Positions 26,041 through 27,136 of a stretch of DNA of 27,136 bases are shown one piece after another. The notes under the pieces were generated by a model. It was not told where the DNA came from. It saw nothing but the letters and a program-made list of their open reading frames with translations, and made no database searches. Source of the stretch: an uncultured virus (IMG/VR IMGVR_UViG_3300037245_003208) (taxonomy: Duplodnaviria > Heunggongvirae > Uroviricota > Caudoviricetes); the IMG/VR virus record IMGVR_UViG_3300037245_003208; one strand, given 5' to 3'. Position 1 is the stretch's first letter. Each line of letters begins with the position of its first letter. The position numbers were made by a program, and so were the translations under genes.

Positions 26041-26260
26041 AATAACTACCTCCAATTAAGAATTATATTAATTAAAGCCCCGTATGGGCAGTAATCCCTG
26101 TTAAGTCCTTTAACAGGCATATTTCTCAGTTTTTGGCATTTGAAAACGTATGTGACGCTGTTAATTGTGTTTCTGAAAATCCTTTTTATTAGATTTGTGT
26201 TTTTATATTACACAAGCAACACTAAGCTGCTCTTAATAACTATGTTTAATTTACTGGTTT

Positions 26261-27136
26261 TTATAAACCTTCAAAATATTCTGCTGATGGTTTTGAATTT
26301 ATTTCAATATCCCCAGATAAATATACTCCACTTGTCAGAAATCCAGCATACCAAAAAAATTTATTTTCTGTATATGTTAGGCCAACTATTGGCACAGTCA
26401 AACTATTAGGTACCGCAGTAAAAGTCTGAAGACCCCCATTAAGTATTATTCCATCGACCTTAAAATAATTACTGTGTTCTGTATCACCACCGCCCCCACC
26501 CATGCGAATATTAAATTTTAATTTCCATAGGCCATTAGAAGTTTGATAAGGGGTTCCTGTAGCCTTTATAACCTCCCAATTGGCGGGCAAATCAGTCAAA
26601 CTCAAATCATACTGCTTCCACTCCAACTGCTTCTTCAAATCTTGTAAATTTGCAGCGGTCATTCCTGATGTATCTACACCGCCATTTGGTTTTAGATTAC
26701 CATTTGGGATTGTTACATCCCTTGAAGAACTTATATTTAATACAGTTGTGGCATCTTTAATAATATTAAATTCTGAACTACCTTCAAGTTTCCATCCTGC
26801 AACACCTGAAGAAAATAAGTTTAAAATTGCTTTATTGCCATCACTTGAATTAATTCTAACTGTAACATCTCCAGAATCTTTGAATTGTCCCATATCAGAG
26901 CCAGCGGCTACTCCAACTCCCAACGTCCCAGAAGAAATGAGCATATTACCATTTAAAGTGACATTAACACCTGAAGGGGTAAAAGCAGCTAAAATAGCAT
27001 CTAAATTCTCACCATCTGTTGCAACATCTCTGCCATCTATGTAACCAATTGTTGTTAAATTTCCTGTTATGTCCAATCCTGCGTTTGCTGTAAGTAATTC
27101 TCCAACAGTCAATCTGTTAGTCATAGATATGTCGCC
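26261..27136 (-). CDS. tail fibre / receptor-binding protein, C-terminal part (probably truncated by the window)
   Basis: IDGRDVATDGENLDAI fibre-like motif; Gly/Asn/Thr-rich beta repeats; beta-rich tip; frame open past ATG 27124 to the window edge. Confidence 0.6.
   Translation of the reverse strand, partial: GDISMTNRLTVGELLTANAGLDITGNLTTIGYIDGRDVATDGENLDAILAAFTPSGVNVTLNGNMLISSGTLGVGVAAGSDMGQFKDSGDVTVRINSSDGNKAILNLFSSGVAGWKLEGSSEFNIIKDATTVLNISSSRDVTIPNGNLKPNGGVDTSGMTAANLQDLKKQLEWKQYDLSLTDLPANWEVIKATGTPYQTSNGLWKLKFNIRMGGGGGDTEHSNYFKVDGIILNGGLQTFTAVPNSLTVPIVGLTYTENKFFWYAGFLTSGVYLSGDIEINSKPSAEYFEGL

Noticed and set aside
26140..26409. 89-aa + strand hydrophobic ORF
   Set aside because: TTG start without RBS, antisense to the fibre gene end and leader; hydrophobicity follows from T-rich sequence.
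1..27136. Genome-wide TGA or TAG reassignment
   Set aside because: Conserved genes are intact in code 11, and TGA (382, 11008, 13046, 22231) and TAG (4350, 9689, 24018) end genes at sensible junctions.
1..27136. CRISPR array, tRNA, rRNA, IS element or integrase
   Set aside because: No spaced direct repeats, cloverleaf or transposase/recombinase motifs were seen by eye, and intergenic gaps are short.

Overview
AT-rich, densely coding segment of a large tailed dsDNA phage genome. No integrase, host housekeeping block, rRNA, tRNA or CRISPR array was seen. Positions 1-24018 form a + strand replication, recombination and nucleotide-metabolism module. It holds a DnaB-type helicase, a beta-clamp, a family A polymerase with an N-terminal UDG-like domain, a DnaX-type clamp loader, UvsY-like, gp32-like SSB, RecA, HU, 5'-3' exonuclease, Holliday junction resolvase, SbcD, an SbcC split across distant genes, and a thymidylate synthase carrying a LAGLIDADG intein. 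A separately transcribed DUF262 fusion gene and a possible Acb2/Tad1-like gene lie next to the helicase. Positions 24050-27136 are a convergent - strand block: tail-fibre-like gene, Gly-rich 'CCC' protein, Cys-rich repeat ORF, zinc-ribbon protein, EncFtn-like half-ferritin and holin-like gene. Main observations: (1) an in-frame UGA joins the CCC gene to the Cys-repeat ORF, suggesting readthrough or selenocysteine; (2) the DUF262 protein and the SSB share an identically spaced 29-aa four-Cys module; (3) SbcC is split into two or three polypeptides; (4) the thyA intein lies two codons from the T4 td intron site. All family calls are motif recognition by eye, not database searches.
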